NCBI GenBank assembly: GCA_964593365.1
Contig: CAZQGQ010000002.1
Coordinates: 85,671 to 149,670 of the forward strand
Direction: 5' to 3'
From: an uncultured Candidatus Saccharibacteria bacterium
Lineage (GTDB): Bacteria > Patescibacteriota > Minisyncoccia > Phycocordibacterales > Phycocordibacteraceae
DNA length: 64,000 bases
Shown here: piece after piece, positions 63,648 through 64,000 of the stretch
Numbering within the stretch: position 1 is the stretch's first letter
Layout: each line of letters starts with the position of its first letter
Made by a program: the position numbers and the translations under genes
Notes under the pieces: generated by a model
The model's database searches: none
Seen by the model: only the letters and a program-made list of their open reading frames with translations
What the model was told of the DNA's origin: nothing

Positions 63648-64000
63648 ATACGTCTAGGTTCGCGAGCTTTGCGTTTGACTGAATGAACGACTTTCGTGAA
63701 GCCACATCCGTTCCCATCAAGATGTCGAAGATGCGATCCGCTTCCCCTGCGTCTTCAACCGTCACCTGTTTCAATACTCGTCGCGCAGGATCCATAGTCG
63801 TCTCCCAGAGCTCAGATGCATTCATCTCTCCAAGACCTTTGTAGCGCTGGATGGAGAACTTCGCTTTCTTACCCTTCACATCCGCTTCGGTCTCTTCACC
63901 CTCCTCCACTCCCTCTTCTGCAAGCTGTGCTTCCTCAATTACTTCTGCGTCTTTGCCAATGATCTTAAACTTCTCTTCGTCAGAGTATGCATAGAAAATC
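63646..64000 (-). CDS. gyrB: DNA gyrase subunit B, C-terminal end (partial, continues beyond the window)
   Basis: C-terminal GyrB signature [21 protein letters not shown]...[18 protein letters not shown]. The reading frame stays open to position 64000. Confidence 0.8.
   Translation of the reverse strand, partial: IFYAYSDEEKFKIIGKDAEVIEEAQLAEEGVEEGEETEADVKGKKAKFSIQRYKGLGEMNASELWETTMDPARRVLKQVTVEDAGEADRIFDILMGTDVASRKSFIQSNAKLANLDV

Noticed and set aside
1-64000. CRISPR arrays, rRNA/tRNA genes, transposases, integrases, phage genes
   Set aside because: I see no regularly spaced direct repeats and no tRNA-like cloverleaf candidates in the intergenic regions I could inspect. No transposase, integrase or phage structural motifs were seen. 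The window looks like core chromosome plus envelope genes.

Overview
This 64-kb window is a gene-dense bacterial chromosomal segment, roughly 55-58% GC by eye. I found no rRNA, tRNA, CRISPR array or obvious mobile element. It carries a colinear transcription/replication block, rpoB-rpoC-dnaG-rpoD, all on the minus strand with gaps of 3-60 nt. Also present are class Ia ribonucleotide reductase (nrdA, nrdB), dnaE, hisS, thrS, a short SMC-like ATPase, RNase III, RNase HII, RNase R, rpsP-KH-trmD, rpmF, prmC, glutamate dehydrogenase, a hybrid histidine kinase and an ABC exporter. The remaining genes are mostly predicted surface or periplasmic functions: a GH18 chitinase-like protein, a VanY-like peptidase, a 3D-domain protein, a sortase, a DsbA-like protein, a PQQ-dependent sugar dehydrogenase and an OmpA-like beta-barrel.

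The most interesting signal I could read directly is upstream of thrS. A sigma70-like promoter drives a leaderless 11-codon leader peptide, MQLQTTTTTAL, with five consecutive Thr codons. The leader embeds three mutually exclusive hairpins and an intrinsic terminator, which is the architecture of a ribosome-mediated, threonine-sensing attenuator on a threonyl-tRNA synthetase gene. A related genome-wide pattern is that many genes have a -10 hexamer only 6-10 nt before the start codon, implying leaderless mRNAs.

Other observations worth a second look:
- a NusB-NUDIX fusion protein;
- a 736-aa SMC-like ATPase with no recognisable hinge;
- a duplicated 45-bp palindromic element paired with paralogous small membrane-protein genes;
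- a sortase cluster with two paralogous acidic Cys-bracketed domains and an extreme low-complexity surface protein;
- a GH18-SET operon in which the SET protein has a eukaryotic NLS-like basic N-terminus;
- three tiny, highly basic protein genes, one with an in-frame TAG after a leaderless ATG;
- ribosomal proteins S16 and L32 with long C-terminal extensions.

The HAD-hydrolase gene at the left edge and gyrB at the right edge are truncated by the window. Coordinates for the promoters, terminators and small ORFs I mapped by hand may be off by 1-3 nt.
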